This document shows, piece by piece, positions 27,376-36,892 of a stretch of 64,000 nucleotides of DNA. Origin of the DNA: an uncultured Clostridia bacterium (GTDB lineage Bacteria; Bacillota; Clostridia; Christensenellales; UBA1242); the NCBI GenBank assembly GCA_944350265.1, contig CALVOG010000001.1, positions 85,470 to 149,469 on the forward strand, read 5' to 3'. The position numbers and the translations under genes were made by a program. The notes under the pieces are model-generated. The model was not told the DNA's origin. It did no database searches and saw nothing but the letters and a program-made list of their open reading frames with translations. Position 1 is the first letter of the stretch; each line of letters begins with the position of its first letter.

Positions 27376-28107
27376 ATGAACGAAAAAAAGGATTTAACTA
27401 ATGCACAGCGCTTTATCCAAGCGTATAACAACATCGACTACACCATTCGAACGCGATATAATTTGAATCGCAGTATGGGTTTTTCCGAACTTATTAGGCG
27501 CAGTGTGGCGCTAAATTATATTGTGAGAAGGTATGAGGATGACCTCATAGATTTTGGGCGCCTCCGCAACGCGATTGTGCACGGCAATGAAGATTTCATA
27601 ATGGCAGAACCTCACTACGAGGTGGTGGAACAGATTGAGAAAATTGAGAGGCTTTTAACTGCTCCGCCAAAGGCGCTTGAAACGGTGTGTAGGCGAGATG
27701 TTCTCACGATTTCAAGCGGAAAATCTATGCGCGAGGCGATTATGCTGATTGCTTCGTCGAGTTACTCGAACATACCTGTTTTTAACGCGAGCGGGGAGAT
27801 AATCGGGGTCGCTAACGGGCAAAAAATCCTCGACTCGTTTGGGAAATTCCTCATTTCGGGCGGAAAAGCGGACGTATTTTTAGACAATGTGAAGATTGAG
27901 GATATGCTTTCAAAGATTGAAAACAGCAACTACTATGTTTTTGCAAACAAAGACTTAACTGTGGAGGATGCGCTGGAATTTTTCCACGAAAACTCAAAAC
28001 TCCTAGCCATTTTGGTGACTAAAAACGGTGGCGCAAAGGAAAGACCGCTTGGAATTATCACCGGCACGGATGTTTTAAAAATGAATAATATCTTGGAAAA
28101 TTACTAA
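27376..28107 (+). CDS. CBS-pair protein with an N-terminal alpha-helical HEPN-like domain (Rx4H motif)
   Basis: The first 95 residues or so are helical and contain FGRLRNAIVHG, which fits the R-x4-H pattern of Swt1-like HEPN RNases. Residues from about 100 to 243 form two CBS repeats (NIPVFNASGEIIGV and LAILVTKNG...PLGIITGTDV). Confidence 0.6.
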   Translation: MNEKKDLTNAQRFIQAYNNIDYTIRTRYNLNRSMGFSELIRRSVALNYIVRRYEDDLIDFGRLRNAIVHGNEDFIMAEPHYEVVEQIEKIERLLTAPPKALETVCRRDVLTISSGKSMREAIMLIASSSYSNIPVFNASGEIIGVANGQKILDSFGKFLISGGKADVFLDNVKIEDMLSKIENSNYYVFANKDLTVEDALEFFHENSKLLAILVTKNGGAKERPLGIITGTDVLKMNNILENY

Positions 28108-28112
28108 TTTGA

Positions 28113-28141
28113 TTGACAAATCGAATTTTTCTCGCTATACT
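28113..28141 (+). promoter_or_regulatory. sigma-A type promoter of the ileS leader
   Basis: TTGACA, 17 nt spacer, TATACT. Confidence 0.65.
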
Positions 28142-28147
28142 AAAAAG

Positions 28148-28410
28148 GAATTTCGTTAATATTAAAGCGAAAAAGGAATTTAAAGGCGTTTGAGAAAAGA
28201 CAACATCTTTACCTAGCACTTTCTTAGAGAGTTGCCGTGTGGTGAAAGGCAATAGGTGCGCTTAAAGATTATCACTTTTCGAGCCTCCAAGCAGAACCTA
28301 AGTAAGTTTGGACGGGACTTCCCGTGATAGAAGGCGTGGGTGATTGCCCGCTACGAAACAAGTGGTTGAACTTTCTTGGCGAAGTCTTGTTTCGCTGAGA
28401 ATTTTTTTAT
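28148..28410 (+). promoter_or_regulatory. T-box leader (Ile) upstream of ileS
   Basis: An AGAGAG box, candidate specifier ATC in GATTATCAC, the T-box-like sequence GTGGGTGATTGCCCGC, and a terminator CGAAACAAG...CTTGTTTCG followed by a T-run. Confidence 0.65.
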
Positions 28411-28419
28411 GGAGGAAGT

Positions 28420-31400
28420 ATGGAAAAAGAAAAAGTTGTGCCAAATTTTGTGGAGATGGAAAAGGATATTTTAAGGTTTTGGGAGGAAAACAATTCCTTT
28501 CATAAACTTGTTGAAAAAAACAAGAATGGCGAGAGATTTCGCTTTTTAGACGGACCTGCCACGGCAAATAATCGCCTTGGTATTCACCATTTTTGGGGCA
28601 GAACGCTGAAAGATATGACGATAAGATATAACGCGCTCAAGGGCAAAGATTGTCAGTACCAAAACGGGTTCGACGGGCAAGGTCTTTGGGTTGAGGTTAA
28701 TGTTGAAAAGGAACTTGGGCTTAATGGCAAGCCTGAGATTGAGAAGTATGGGATTGAAAAGTTCACCAAAAAATGTATGGAGCGGGTGCAGTATTTTGCG
28801 GGAGAAATCACAAAGCAAAGTATCCGTATGGGGCAGTGGATGGACTGGGATAACTCCTACTTCACCAATACCGACGAAAACATCACCGCGATTTGGTATT
28901 TTCTTAAAAAGTGCGCCGAAAAGGGGTGGATTGTGCGCAAAAATCGCCCTATGGCGTGGTGTCCTAGGTGCGGAACGTCATTAAGCGACCACGAAACGTC
29001 TGGCTCTTATCACGAGGTGGAGCATACGGCAATTTTCGCAAAATTTCCAGTTAAGGGCAAGGATTTTAAGATTGTGGCGTGGACGACAACGCCGTGGACG
29101 CTCTCAGCCAACGTTGCACTTGCCGTGAATAAGGATTTTGACTATGTTTTGGTCGATTTTAACGGCGAAAAGTTGGTGCTTGGCAAAGACCGCCTTTCCA
29201 TACTCAAACAAAAAGTGGAAATTTTAAAGGAATTTAAGGGCGCCGAACTTGTGGGGTTGACCTATGAAACTTGTTTCCCAGAACTTGAAAAGCAACAATT
29301 TGAGCATAAGGTTGTGGCGTGGGATATGGTGGACAGCGCGGAAGGGTCTTGCGTTGTGCATATCGCGCCGGGGTGCGGTGTGGAGGACTTTGAACTTGGA
29401 AAAACATTGAACCTCCCTGAAATTTGCCCAATCAACGAGCAAGGTGTGATGCTTGACGACACCGGCTTTTTGGCTGGAAAAAAGACCACCGATGTTGTGG
29501 ATATCATTGTTGAGCGCCTTAAAAATGACGGCAAACTTCTCTATTCGCACAAATATAAGCACAGTTATGTTCACTGCTGGCGCTGTAAGACCGACATCGT
29601 TTATAAACTGATTTCGGGCTGGTTTATTAAGATGGACGAAATTCGTCCGCTGGCGCTTAAAGCGATTGAAGATGTGGAGTTTAAGCCAGAATACGCGAAA
29701 AAACGTATGATTGACTGGCTGAATAATATGGGCGATTGGAATATTTCGCGCAGTCGTTTTTATGGGCTTCCTCTTCCTTTCTACGTCTGCCCAAAATGCG
29801 GGAAAGTGCACGTTATTGGCAGTATTGAAGAATTAAGAGAGCGCGCCGAGGATAAGAGCCTTGTTGACAAAATTCCAAACATCCATAGACCGTGGATTGA
29901 TGAAATTAAAATTAGGTGCGATTGTGGCGAGGTGGTTGAAAGAATTAAGGATGTTGGCGATGTGTGGATGGACGCTGGCATCACGCCGTTCAGCACAAAA
30001 AAATATTTCACTGACAAAAAGTTTTTCGCGGAAAACTTCCCAAGCGATTATGTTTGCGAAATGGTGGAGCAAATCAAACTTTGGTTCTACTCCATCCTCA
30101 TTATGAGCGTGGTGCTGACGGGCAAGGCGCCTTATAAGAAGGTTGTGACATATCAATATGTTAAGGACGAAAACGGCGGAGAATTTCATAAGAGCGGTGG
30201 CAACACGCTGGACGCCGACGCCGTTGCGGACAAGGTGGGCGCTGACACGGTGAGGTATCTTTATTCCTCCTCAAGCCCTGCGAACGATATGCGTTTTGGC
30301 TTCTCGCTCACAGACGAGGCGAGACGAAAACTTTTGAGTTTTTGGAGCGTTTACACCTTCTTTAACACCTATGCAAGCATTGATAACCCTCAAATTGCCA
30401 ACTTCACACCGCGCGAAAGTGACTTTACGGTGGCGGATAAGTGGCTTGTGGAAAGCGTTAATAAATTTATTGAAAACAGCGACAAATATTACGCCGACGA
30501 TAAGAACTTTTTGGTGGTTAAGGACTTTGAGAGGCTGGTGGACGATATCTCCAACTTCTACATCCGCTCAAATCGCAAGAGATTTTGGAAGAGCGAAGAT
30601 AAAAATGACCAGTTGACGGCATATTGGTGCCTATACCACTCAATTAAAGCGCTTGTTAGAATTATGACGCCGATTGTGCCGTTTGTGACGGAACATATTT
30701 GGCAAAAAATGGTGAGAGAAGTGGAAAAGAATGAGGCTGAATGCGTTATGCTTTCGGGCTATCCGTCACCAATTTACGATAAGCGCTATGCTGAGGTTGT
30801 TGAAAACGTCAATAGGGCAAGAGAAATTATGTCGATTGCTCAGCGCCTACGTAACGAAAATCAAATAAAGGTGAAACAGCCTCTTCGTAAACTCTTTGTG
30901 GCTGGCGACGAAAATGTTAAGCGTGCGGTCGATAATCTTGCCGATATCATAAAAGACGAACTCAATGTGAAAGAGATTGAAGTGGTTTATGATGACAGTA
31001 TGTTTAACGATGAATTTTTGTCGGTTAACTTCAAAAAGGCGGGTGCAGTTTTAAAAGGCGACGTGCAGAAACTTAAAACCACTTTAAGTGCTTTAACAAG
31101 TGACGAATGGCGTAGAGCTGTTGAAGGATTTAAAAAGGGCAGTGTGGATGTTGGCGAATTTAAAAATCTTTCCGCTGACCTATTCAACTTAGAAAAGAAG
31201 CCGAAGCAAGATTTTGTTGTGGCGCACGAAAATGGCAACACGGTTGTGCTTGATATAACACTTGACGAGGCACTTGTTGAAGAAGGGCTATACCGAGAAT
31301 TTGTGAGGAGTTTGCAAGTTCTAAGAAAGGACGCTGACTTTTCGATTGACGACAGAATTAACGCTTCGTTCACAACGGAAAACATTGATGTTATAAATAT

Positions 31401-31533
31401 GATTGAAAAGTATAAGGCGAAAATTATGCAAGAGGTTTTGATTAAAAATCTAACACCAAAACTAGAAAACTTTGCAATAGAAAAAGAGATAGAAGTTGGA
31501 AACGGAAATGTTGTTGTTCGGCTGGGAAAATGA
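28420..31533 (+). CDS. ileS: isoleucine--tRNA ligase (type 2, 1037 aa)
   Basis: GPATANNRLGIHH is HIGH-like. WTTTPWTL, the editing domain, WNISRSRFYGLPLPF and FHKSGGN (KMSKS-like) also match. Confidence 0.9.
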   Translation: MEKEKVVPNFVEMEKDILRFWEENNSFHKLVEKNKNGERFRFLDGPATANNRLGIHHFWGRTLKDMTIRYNALKGKDCQYQNGFDGQGLWVEVNVEKELGLNGKPEIEKYGIEKFTKKCMERVQYFAGEITKQSIRMGQWMDWDNSYFTNTDENITAIWYFLKKCAEKGWIVRKNRPMAWCPRCGTSLSDHETSGSYHEVEHTAIFAKFPVKGKDFKIVAWTTTPWTLSANVALAVNKDFDYVLVDFNGEKLVLGKDRLSILKQKVEILKEFKGAELVGLTYETCFPELEKQQFEHKVVAWDMVDSAEGSCVVHIAPGCGVEDFELGKTLNLPEICPINEQGVMLDDTGFLAGKKTTDVVDIIVERLKNDGKLLYSHKYKHSYVHCWRCKTDIVYKLISGWFIKMDEIRPLALKAIEDVEFKPEYAKKRMIDWLNNMGDWNISRSRFYGLPLPFYVCPKCGKVHVIGSIEELRERAEDKSLVDKIPNIHRPWIDEIKIRCDCGEVVERIKDVGDVWMDAGITPFSTKKYFTDKKFFAENFPSDYVCEMVEQIKLWFYSILIMSVVLTGKAPYKKVVTYQYVKDENGGEFHKSGGNTLDADAVADKVGADTVRYLYSSSSPANDMRFGFSLTDEARRKLLSFWSVYTFFNTYASIDNPQIANFTPRESDFTVADKWLVESVNKFIENSDKYYADDKNFLVVKDFERLVDDISNFYIRSNRKRFWKSEDKNDQLTAYWCLYHSIKALVRIMTPIVPFVTEHIWQKMVREVEKNEAECVMLSGYPSPIYDKRYAEVVENVNRAREIMSIAQRLRNENQIKVKQPLRKLFVAGDENVKRAVDNLADIIKDELNVKEIEVVYDDSMFNDEFLSVNFKKAGAVLKGDVQKLKTTLSALTSDEWRRAVEGFKKGSVDVGEFKNLSADLFNLEKKPKQDFVVAHENGNTVVLDITLDEALVEEGLYREFVRSLQVLRKDADFSIDDRINASFTTENIDVINMIEKYKAKIMQEVLIKNLTPKLENFAIEKEIEVGNGNVVVRLGK

Positions 31534-31569
31534 TAATTTATGTTAAAGTTTTGCGCTAGTTTAAATTTA

Positions 31570-31630
31570 TAAAAAAACAAAAAACTTAAAAAAATGGCGT
31601 AAATTTTATAAAAAAAGTGAAAAAAAGTGT
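31570..31630. promoter_or_regulatory. phased A-tract array upstream of the methyltransferase gene
   Basis: ATAAAAAAAC AAAAAACTT AAAAAAATGGCGT AAATTTTAT AAAAAAAGTG AAAAAAAGTG. Confidence 0.55.
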
Positions 31631-31666
31631 GCTTTTTTGAATTTTTGCGCCAAAATTAGGAGAATT

Positions 31667-32515
31667 ATGAGATTAGCGGATGATTGGAAAGATTATAAAG
31701 TGCTTTCAACAGGCGACGGATATAAACTTGAAAAGTGGGGCGAATTTAACCTTTTAAGACCCGACCCTCAGGTTATTTGGCACGCTGAAAGCGACCTCTT
31801 TAAGCGTAAAGATGTTGACGCATTTTATGAGAAAAAAGAGGGTGGCGGGCTTTGGCATTATAAAAAACCGCTTAAAGATAGTTGGCAAATTTCGTGGCAC
31901 GAACTTAAGTTTATTGTGAAGCCTATGGGTTTTAAGCATACGGGAATTTTCCCAGAGCAGGCAGTCAACTGGCACCTTATGCAAGACCTTGTGAAAGAGA
32001 GTGGGCGTGAGGTTAAGGTTTTAAATCTTTTCGCTTACACTGGCGGGGCGTCGGTTGCTCTCTCGAAAGCGGGAGCGCTTGTCACGCACGTGGATGCCTC
32101 AAAGGGTATGGTGGAGCGCGCGAAGGAAAATGCCAAACTTAATAATATTTCAAACATCCGCTTTATTGTTGATGATTGCCAAAAATTTATCGAGCGCGAG
32201 ATTAGGCGAGGGAATTTTTACGACGCGATTGTGATGGACCCGCCAAGTTATGGCAGAGGTCCAAGCGGTGAGATGTGGAAACTTGAAGATAATCTTGCCG
32301 ATTTCGTGGCGCTCACAAAAAAGGTCTTGTCAAAAAAACCACTTTTTGTGCTGATTAATTCCTACACCACTGGGCTTCAGCCAACCGTCATCGGGAACCT
32401 ACTTAAAGGCGTGTTCGGCGCGGAGGGAGTTTCGGCGGATGAAATCGGTTTGCCAACTTGTGAAGAATATATTTTGCCGTGTGGCGCAACAGGAGTGAAA
32501 GTATGGAAAAATTGA
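31667..32515 (+). CDS. class I SAM-dependent (rRNA) methyltransferase, RlmI/RlmK-like catalytic domain
   Basis: LNLFAYTGGASV is motif I. VDASKGMVERAKENAKLN and IVMDPPSYGRG also match. The ATG at 31667 follows TAGGAGAATT. Confidence 0.75.
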   Translation: MRLADDWKDYKVLSTGDGYKLEKWGEFNLLRPDPQVIWHAESDLFKRKDVDAFYEKKEGGGLWHYKKPLKDSWQISWHELKFIVKPMGFKHTGIFPEQAVNWHLMQDLVKESGREVKVLNLFAYTGGASVALSKAGALVTHVDASKGMVERAKENAKLNNISNIRFIVDDCQKFIEREIRRGNFYDAIVMDPPSYGRGPSGEMWKLEDNLADFVALTKKVLSKKPLFVLINSYTTGLQPTVIGNLLKGVFGAEGVSADEIGLPTCEEYILPCGATGVKVWKN

Positions 32516-33201
32516 ATGTTTTATATGAGGATAATCAAATAATTGTGGTGCTTAAACCTCAAAATATTCCCACACAAAGCGATGTGAGTGGTAGCGAAGA
32601 TATGCTGTCGCTGGTTAAAAAGTATGTGAAAGAAAAATACCAAAAAGAGGGCGAAGCGTTCATCGGGCTTGTGCATAGGCTTGACCGTCCAACAGGCGGA
32701 GTTATGGTGTTTGCAAGAAACTCTAAATCGGCAAAACGCCTCACCGAGCAGTTTAAAAATCACACCACCGAAAAAATATACTACGCTGTGACAACCAAAG
32801 TGGTGAGAGAAAAATCGAAAACGCTTGTTAACTACCTTGAAAAAAACGAAAAGGAAAACATTGTTAAAGTTGTGCCAATGCTTTCTTCTGGCGCTAAAAA
32901 AGCGGAATTAACATATAGGGAACTTGAAAATAACGGGCAAATGAGTTTGCTTGAGGTGAAAATTTTGACGGGTAGAAGCCACCAGATTCGCGTTCAACTT
33001 TCCACTTTGGGCTATCCGCTGTATGGCGACGGGAAATATGGTAAAAATAAAGATGTGGCAACCAAAAATTTGGGGCTTTGGGCGGGAAAACTCTCCTTTA
33101 TCCATCCAACCACAAAGGAAAAAATGGTGTTTATGGCTTGCCCAGACACCGAAAAGGAACCGTGGAAAAACTTTCGTATGGAAAAATATTTTGCAAGGTA
33201 A
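32503..33201 (+). CDS. RluA-family pseudouridine synthase
   Basis: HRLDRPTGGVMVFA contains the catalytic Asp, and GRSHQIRVQL also matches. Overlaps the upstream gene by 13 nt. Confidence 0.85.
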   Translation: MEKLNVLYEDNQIIVVLKPQNIPTQSDVSGSEDMLSLVKKYVKEKYQKEGEAFIGLVHRLDRPTGGVMVFARNSKSAKRLTEQFKNHTTEKIYYAVTTKVVREKSKTLVNYLEKNEKENIVKVVPMLSSGAKKAELTYRELENNGQMSLLEVKILTGRSHQIRVQLSTLGYPLYGDGKYGKNKDVATKNLGLWAGKLSFIHPTTKEKMVFMACPDTEKEPWKNFRMEKYFAR

Positions 33202-33213
33202 TTTGAGGTGAAT

Positions 33214-34995
33214 ATGAAAAATCGCGCTGAAATTGAAGAAAAATATAAATGGGACTTATCAAAATTTTGTAAGAATGACGCTGATTTTTATAAGCGCTTA
33301 AAAAAACTTTCTTCCTCCATTTCAATAATTTCGTCATTCGAGGGCAAACTCGCAAATGACGACACTCTTTTTGAGTGTTTAGAGAAAAGTTACGCTTTTT
33401 CGAAGGAGTTTGGTTTTTTAACGCTTTACAGCGAACTAACCAAAAAGGTGGATAATGCCGACACATCTGCGAACGAAATGTGCGAAAAACTTTCCATACT
33501 TCAAACCAAATTTTCCACTCTCTCGGCATATATCGATGTGGAAATGGCAGAATTTAGCGACGAAAAACTCAAAAATTTGCAAAAAAACGCGCGGTTTAAG
33601 AACTATAAGCGAGTTTTTGAAAGTGTTAGGCGAGATAAAAAGCATATTTTAAGCAAAAAAGAGGAACTTTTAATCTCAAAACTAGGCGACTTTTTGGGCG
33701 GATTTAGCGAAAACTTCGATAAATTTGCCGACGTCGACCTTGATTTTGGCGAGATTGAGGACGCAAACGGCAAAAAATATCCATTAAACCACTCCAATTT
33801 TTCGCTGTATGTTGAAAGCGCGGATAGGGTGCTTAGAAAAAACGCCTATAAGGGCGTAAATGGGAAGTTTGGCGAATTTATCAATTTCATCGCGTCCAAC
33901 TACGCAAGTGAAGTGAAAGAGGCGTGCGTTTTTAGCAAGATTAGGAACTATAAATCGGCGCTTGCAAGAGAAATTTATGAGGAGGAGGCAAGCGAAAAGG
34001 CTTATAGTCTACTTTTAAAAAAGGTGCGCGACAATGTGAAAATCTTGCAAGATTTTTATGAGATTAAGCGTAAAGCACTTGGGCTTAAACGGGTGGCAAT
34101 CTATGACACCTTTGCGCCAATTTCAACTATGCCGAAAAAAGAATTTTCCTTTGAAGAGGCGATTTTGTTAATAAAAAAGGCGCTTGCTGTTTTGGGCGAC
34201 GACTATGTTTCGCTGATTGACAGAGCGGTTACTGAGCGCTGGATTGATGTTTATCCAAATAAGAATAAGGACAGCGGTGCTTTCTCGTGGGGTTGCTACG
34301 GCGCGACACCTGTTGTTTTATGCAATTTTGAAGGGAATTTGTCGTCAGTTTTCACGCTGGCGCACGAACTTGGGCACGCAATGCACACCTATCTTTCCAA
34401 CTCTCACCAGCCAATTCAAACGGCGGGATACGTCATTTTTGTTGCAGAGGTTGCAAGCATAACGAACGAAATGCTCCTATTAGACTACCTTCTTAAAAAT
34501 TGTGAAACAAACGAAGAAAAGAAGTATTATTTAGATTACTTCCTCACCGAGGTGCGCTCCACAATTTTCAGGCAAACGATGTTCAGCGAGTTTGAGGAGT
34601 GGTCGCATAAAACCTTTGAAAAGGGCGAGGCTTTAACGCGCGAAAGTTTGTGCAAAAAATATAAAGAACTGAACGACTTTTATCACGGCGAAAAGGTGGA
34701 AGAGATTGATGAAATGCAGTTCGAATGGGCGCGCATTCCTCACTTTTACTCACATTTCTATGTGTATAAATACGCCACAGGGATGATTTCGGCAATAAGT
34801 ATTGCGCGAAACATTTTATCTGGCGAGAAGGGCACGGTGGAGCGATATAAAAAGTTTCTTTCCTCGGGGTGCATAAAAAGCCCAATCAAACTTTTGAAGG
34901 CGTGCGGTTGTGACCTTGAAAGCGAAACAATTTATGACGATGTTTTTGACTACTGCAAAGAATATGTGAAAAATATGGATAAACTTTTCTGTTAA
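33214..34995 (+). CDS. pepF: oligoendopeptidase F (M3B)
   Basis: HELGHAMH is the zinc motif. About 590 aa. The start could instead be the GTG at 33208. Confidence 0.9.
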   Translation: MKNRAEIEEKYKWDLSKFCKNDADFYKRLKKLSSSISIISSFEGKLANDDTLFECLEKSYAFSKEFGFLTLYSELTKKVDNADTSANEMCEKLSILQTKFSTLSAYIDVEMAEFSDEKLKNLQKNARFKNYKRVFESVRRDKKHILSKKEELLISKLGDFLGGFSENFDKFADVDLDFGEIEDANGKKYPLNHSNFSLYVESADRVLRKNAYKGVNGKFGEFINFIASNYASEVKEACVFSKIRNYKSALAREIYEEEASEKAYSLLLKKVRDNVKILQDFYEIKRKALGLKRVAIYDTFAPISTMPKKEFSFEEAILLIKKALAVLGDDYVSLIDRAVTERWIDVYPNKNKDSGAFSWGCYGATPVVLCNFEGNLSSVFTLAHELGHAMHTYLSNSHQPIQTAGYVIFVAEVASITNEMLLLDYLLKNCETNEEKKYYLDYFLTEVRSTIFRQTMFSEFEEWSHKTFEKGEALTRESLCKKYKELNDFYHGEKVEEIDEMQFEWARIPHFYSHFYVYKYATGMISAISIARNILSGEKGTVERYKKFLSSGCIKSPIKLLKACGCDLESETIYDDVFDYCKEYVKNMDKLFC

Positions 34996-35359
34996 ATTTG
35001 CCAGTTTACTTATTGCGCAGTTACGATTGACTTTTTGCAAATTTATTATTTTTACCAAACTTACTAATTCCAAAATTAAAGCGATTGTGAAGTAAAAAAT
35101 TAAGCTGTTAGGCTTTTAAAATTGTAACTTAATAGGATAAAATTGTGATAAAAATTGAATGTATTGCAAAAAAATCAAAAAAAAGTGCTATTTTTTAGAA
35201 ATTTTCACTAAAATTTAGCACTTTTTATTAATATTTGTTATGTTTTGTTTTAGTTTGTTATTCTTGCGATGAGATTCTTACGCTGATTTAATACGTGTGC
35301 TTGTTATTTTTTAAGGAGTTGATTCTCTTAAAAATGTTTAACACGTAATATTGTCAATT

Positions 35360-35419
35360 CCGTTAGGACTATTGGTTTATTTGTCATTCTGAGCGAAGCG
35401 AAGAATCTCGTCGGTGGCC
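35360..35419 (+). repeat. GTCATTCTGAG-family mosaic repeat, copy 7 (forward, short)
   Basis: CCGTTAGGACTATTGG, then the core at 35383: GTCATTCTGAGCGAAGCGAAGAATCTCGTCGGTGG. Confidence 0.85.
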
Positions 35420-35481
35420 ATCTTAGAACATCAAACAAACCAAACTTCATTTAGTTTTTTAAATTAGAAACAATCTTTTTT

Positions 35482-36507
35482 TCAAGCGTTTAGGTTGTTT
35501 ATTTTTTCAGCGTAGGTGTTGTTGACAACATCGCTAAACACCGATTTTTCGGTGATAACTCCAGCGTTAATCATAACATTCATAAGGTTGTCGAAGCCGT
35601 CGCTTGTCATTATCATATCGTCGCTCCACGCGTTTATGGCAACGTAACTATTAACTGCAACTTCAAGTTCCTCCACGGTGTTGCCGTCGAAAGATGGCAA
35701 GAGTGCTTGTGCCACGGCGTAGGAATCGCTTGTGACAATATAGTTATAGGCGCGCTTCACAGCGGTCAAAAATTTTTCAACCACGTCGCTGTGTTTTTCA
35801 ACGTAATTTTCGCGCGCGATGAAGCAAGTGTATGGAATGGTGCCAGAAATTTCGCCAAGACTTGCCACAATCTTCGAACCTTCAATCGACTTAACCACAT
35901 TTGTTGCGGTTGGCTCGAAAAGGGTGCAGTATTTCACCGTGCTGTCATTTTCCCAAACGCTCGCGGTGAGGTCGAACGCAACATCGGTGCGCAAATTGAT
36001 TTGGTTATCGCTCGTGCCAATTTCGTAACCATTCGACTCAATGATATATTGAAGGGTCATTGCTGGAAGTCCGCCTGCTCTTCCTCCAATAATCGTTTCG
36101 CCGACCATATCGCTGATATCAAAATCAACATCTTCCTCTTTGGATACAATGAAGGAACCATCGCACTGAGTCAACTGTCCAAACACCACAGGCGAATTTT
36201 TGATGCCCTCTTGGTCGGTGTAGACAGCGGTTTCTGGTCCAGCCAAAATGATGTCCGCCGAGCCAGACAGAAGCGCGCTCATTGAAGTGTTGGAGCCTCC
36301 ACCGTTGGTTAGCGTGACCTCAAGCCCTTCATCCTCAAAGTAGCCGTTGTTGATGGCGACGTAGAGTGGGGCGTAAAAAATGCTGTGCGTGACCTCGTTT
36401 AGTGCGATTTTGTTGTAGTCTTTCTTATTGCAACCGAAAAGCAAACCGCACGATGTGACCATAAGTAACGCCAGACACAGCATAGAAATTCTTTTGAATA
36501 TTTTCAT
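35482..36507 (-). CDS. ABC-type substrate-binding lipoprotein, NMT1/THI5 (SsuA/TauA)-like
   Basis: Signal peptide with lipobox LLFGC. IFYAPLYVA and GGSNTSMSALLSGSADI are typical of the nitrate/sulfonate/bicarbonate SBP fold. Confidence 0.7.
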   Translation of the reverse strand: MKIFKRISMLCLALLMVTSCGLLFGCNKKDYNKIALNEVTHSIFYAPLYVAINNGYFEDEGLEVTLTNGGGSNTSMSALLSGSADIILAGPETAVYTDQEGIKNSPVVFGQLTQCDGSFIVSKEEDVDFDISDMVGETIIGGRAGGLPAMTLQYIIESNGYEIGTSDNQINLRTDVAFDLTASVWENDSTVKYCTLFEPTATNVVKSIEGSKIVASLGEISGTIPYTCFIARENYVEKHSDVVEKFLTAVKRAYNYIVTSDSYAVAQALLPSFDGNTVEELEVAVNSYVAINAWSDDMIMTSDGFDNLMNVMINAGVITEKSVFSDVVNNTYAEKINNLNA

Positions 36508-36654
36508 CTTTCCTCCTTACAAGATTTAGTCTATGAAGAAAGAAAGGTTAGTGCCACATTCTTTAGAGGGCTTTAATTTACAAGGTGTTAGAGTGGCTAA
36601 TCTTTGCAGTAATACGCAATACCAAAAATGACATAGCGAGGTCGCAATATAACT

Positions 36655-36750
36655 CATACCGTTAGGCGATACCATTAAATGTCATTCTGAGCGAAGCGAG
36701 GAATCTCGTCGTAGAACGGCTTTCAAAAATTAGAATAATACCACTTCAAA
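36655..36750 (+). repeat. GTCATTCTGAG-family mosaic repeat, copy 8 (forward, with AACGGCTTTCAAAAATTAGAATAATACCACTT tail)
   Basis: Core at 36681. The tail is the reverse complement of the AAGTGG..TTTTTGTAAG.CGTTCTACGAC module seen in copies 10 and 14. Confidence 0.85.
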
Positions 36751-36848
36751 TTGTATTCTTTTTGTTATACTAAGCATATTTTTAAGAGGATAGGCTAAAC
36801 ATATGCGAAATAAAAAGTGTCACCTCAAAATAACAAACAAATAGCCAT

Positions 36849-36885
36849 AACGGCTTTCAAAAACTCTAAAACCACCACTTGAAAA
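36849..36885 (+). repeat. solo tail module AACGGCTTTCAAAAACTCTAAAACCACCACTTGAAAA abutting the ABC gene stop
   Basis: Duplicates the tail of copy 8, about 130 bp away. Confidence 0.7.
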
Positions 36886-36892
36886 CTTAACA

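Noticed and set aside
28298-28567. 89-aa ORF on the - strand overlapping the ileS leader
   Set aside because: It lies antisense to the T-box leader and the ileS start. There is no independent support.
29224-29811. 195-aa ORF antisense to ileS. The same applies to the long antisense ORFs 2507..2998, 35707..36285, 45173..45661, 45713..46213, 43327..43752, 53657..54052 and 61355..61888.
   Set aside because: All are embedded in, and antisense to, genes with unambiguous family signatures. They have no SD motifs. These are typical shadow ORFs.
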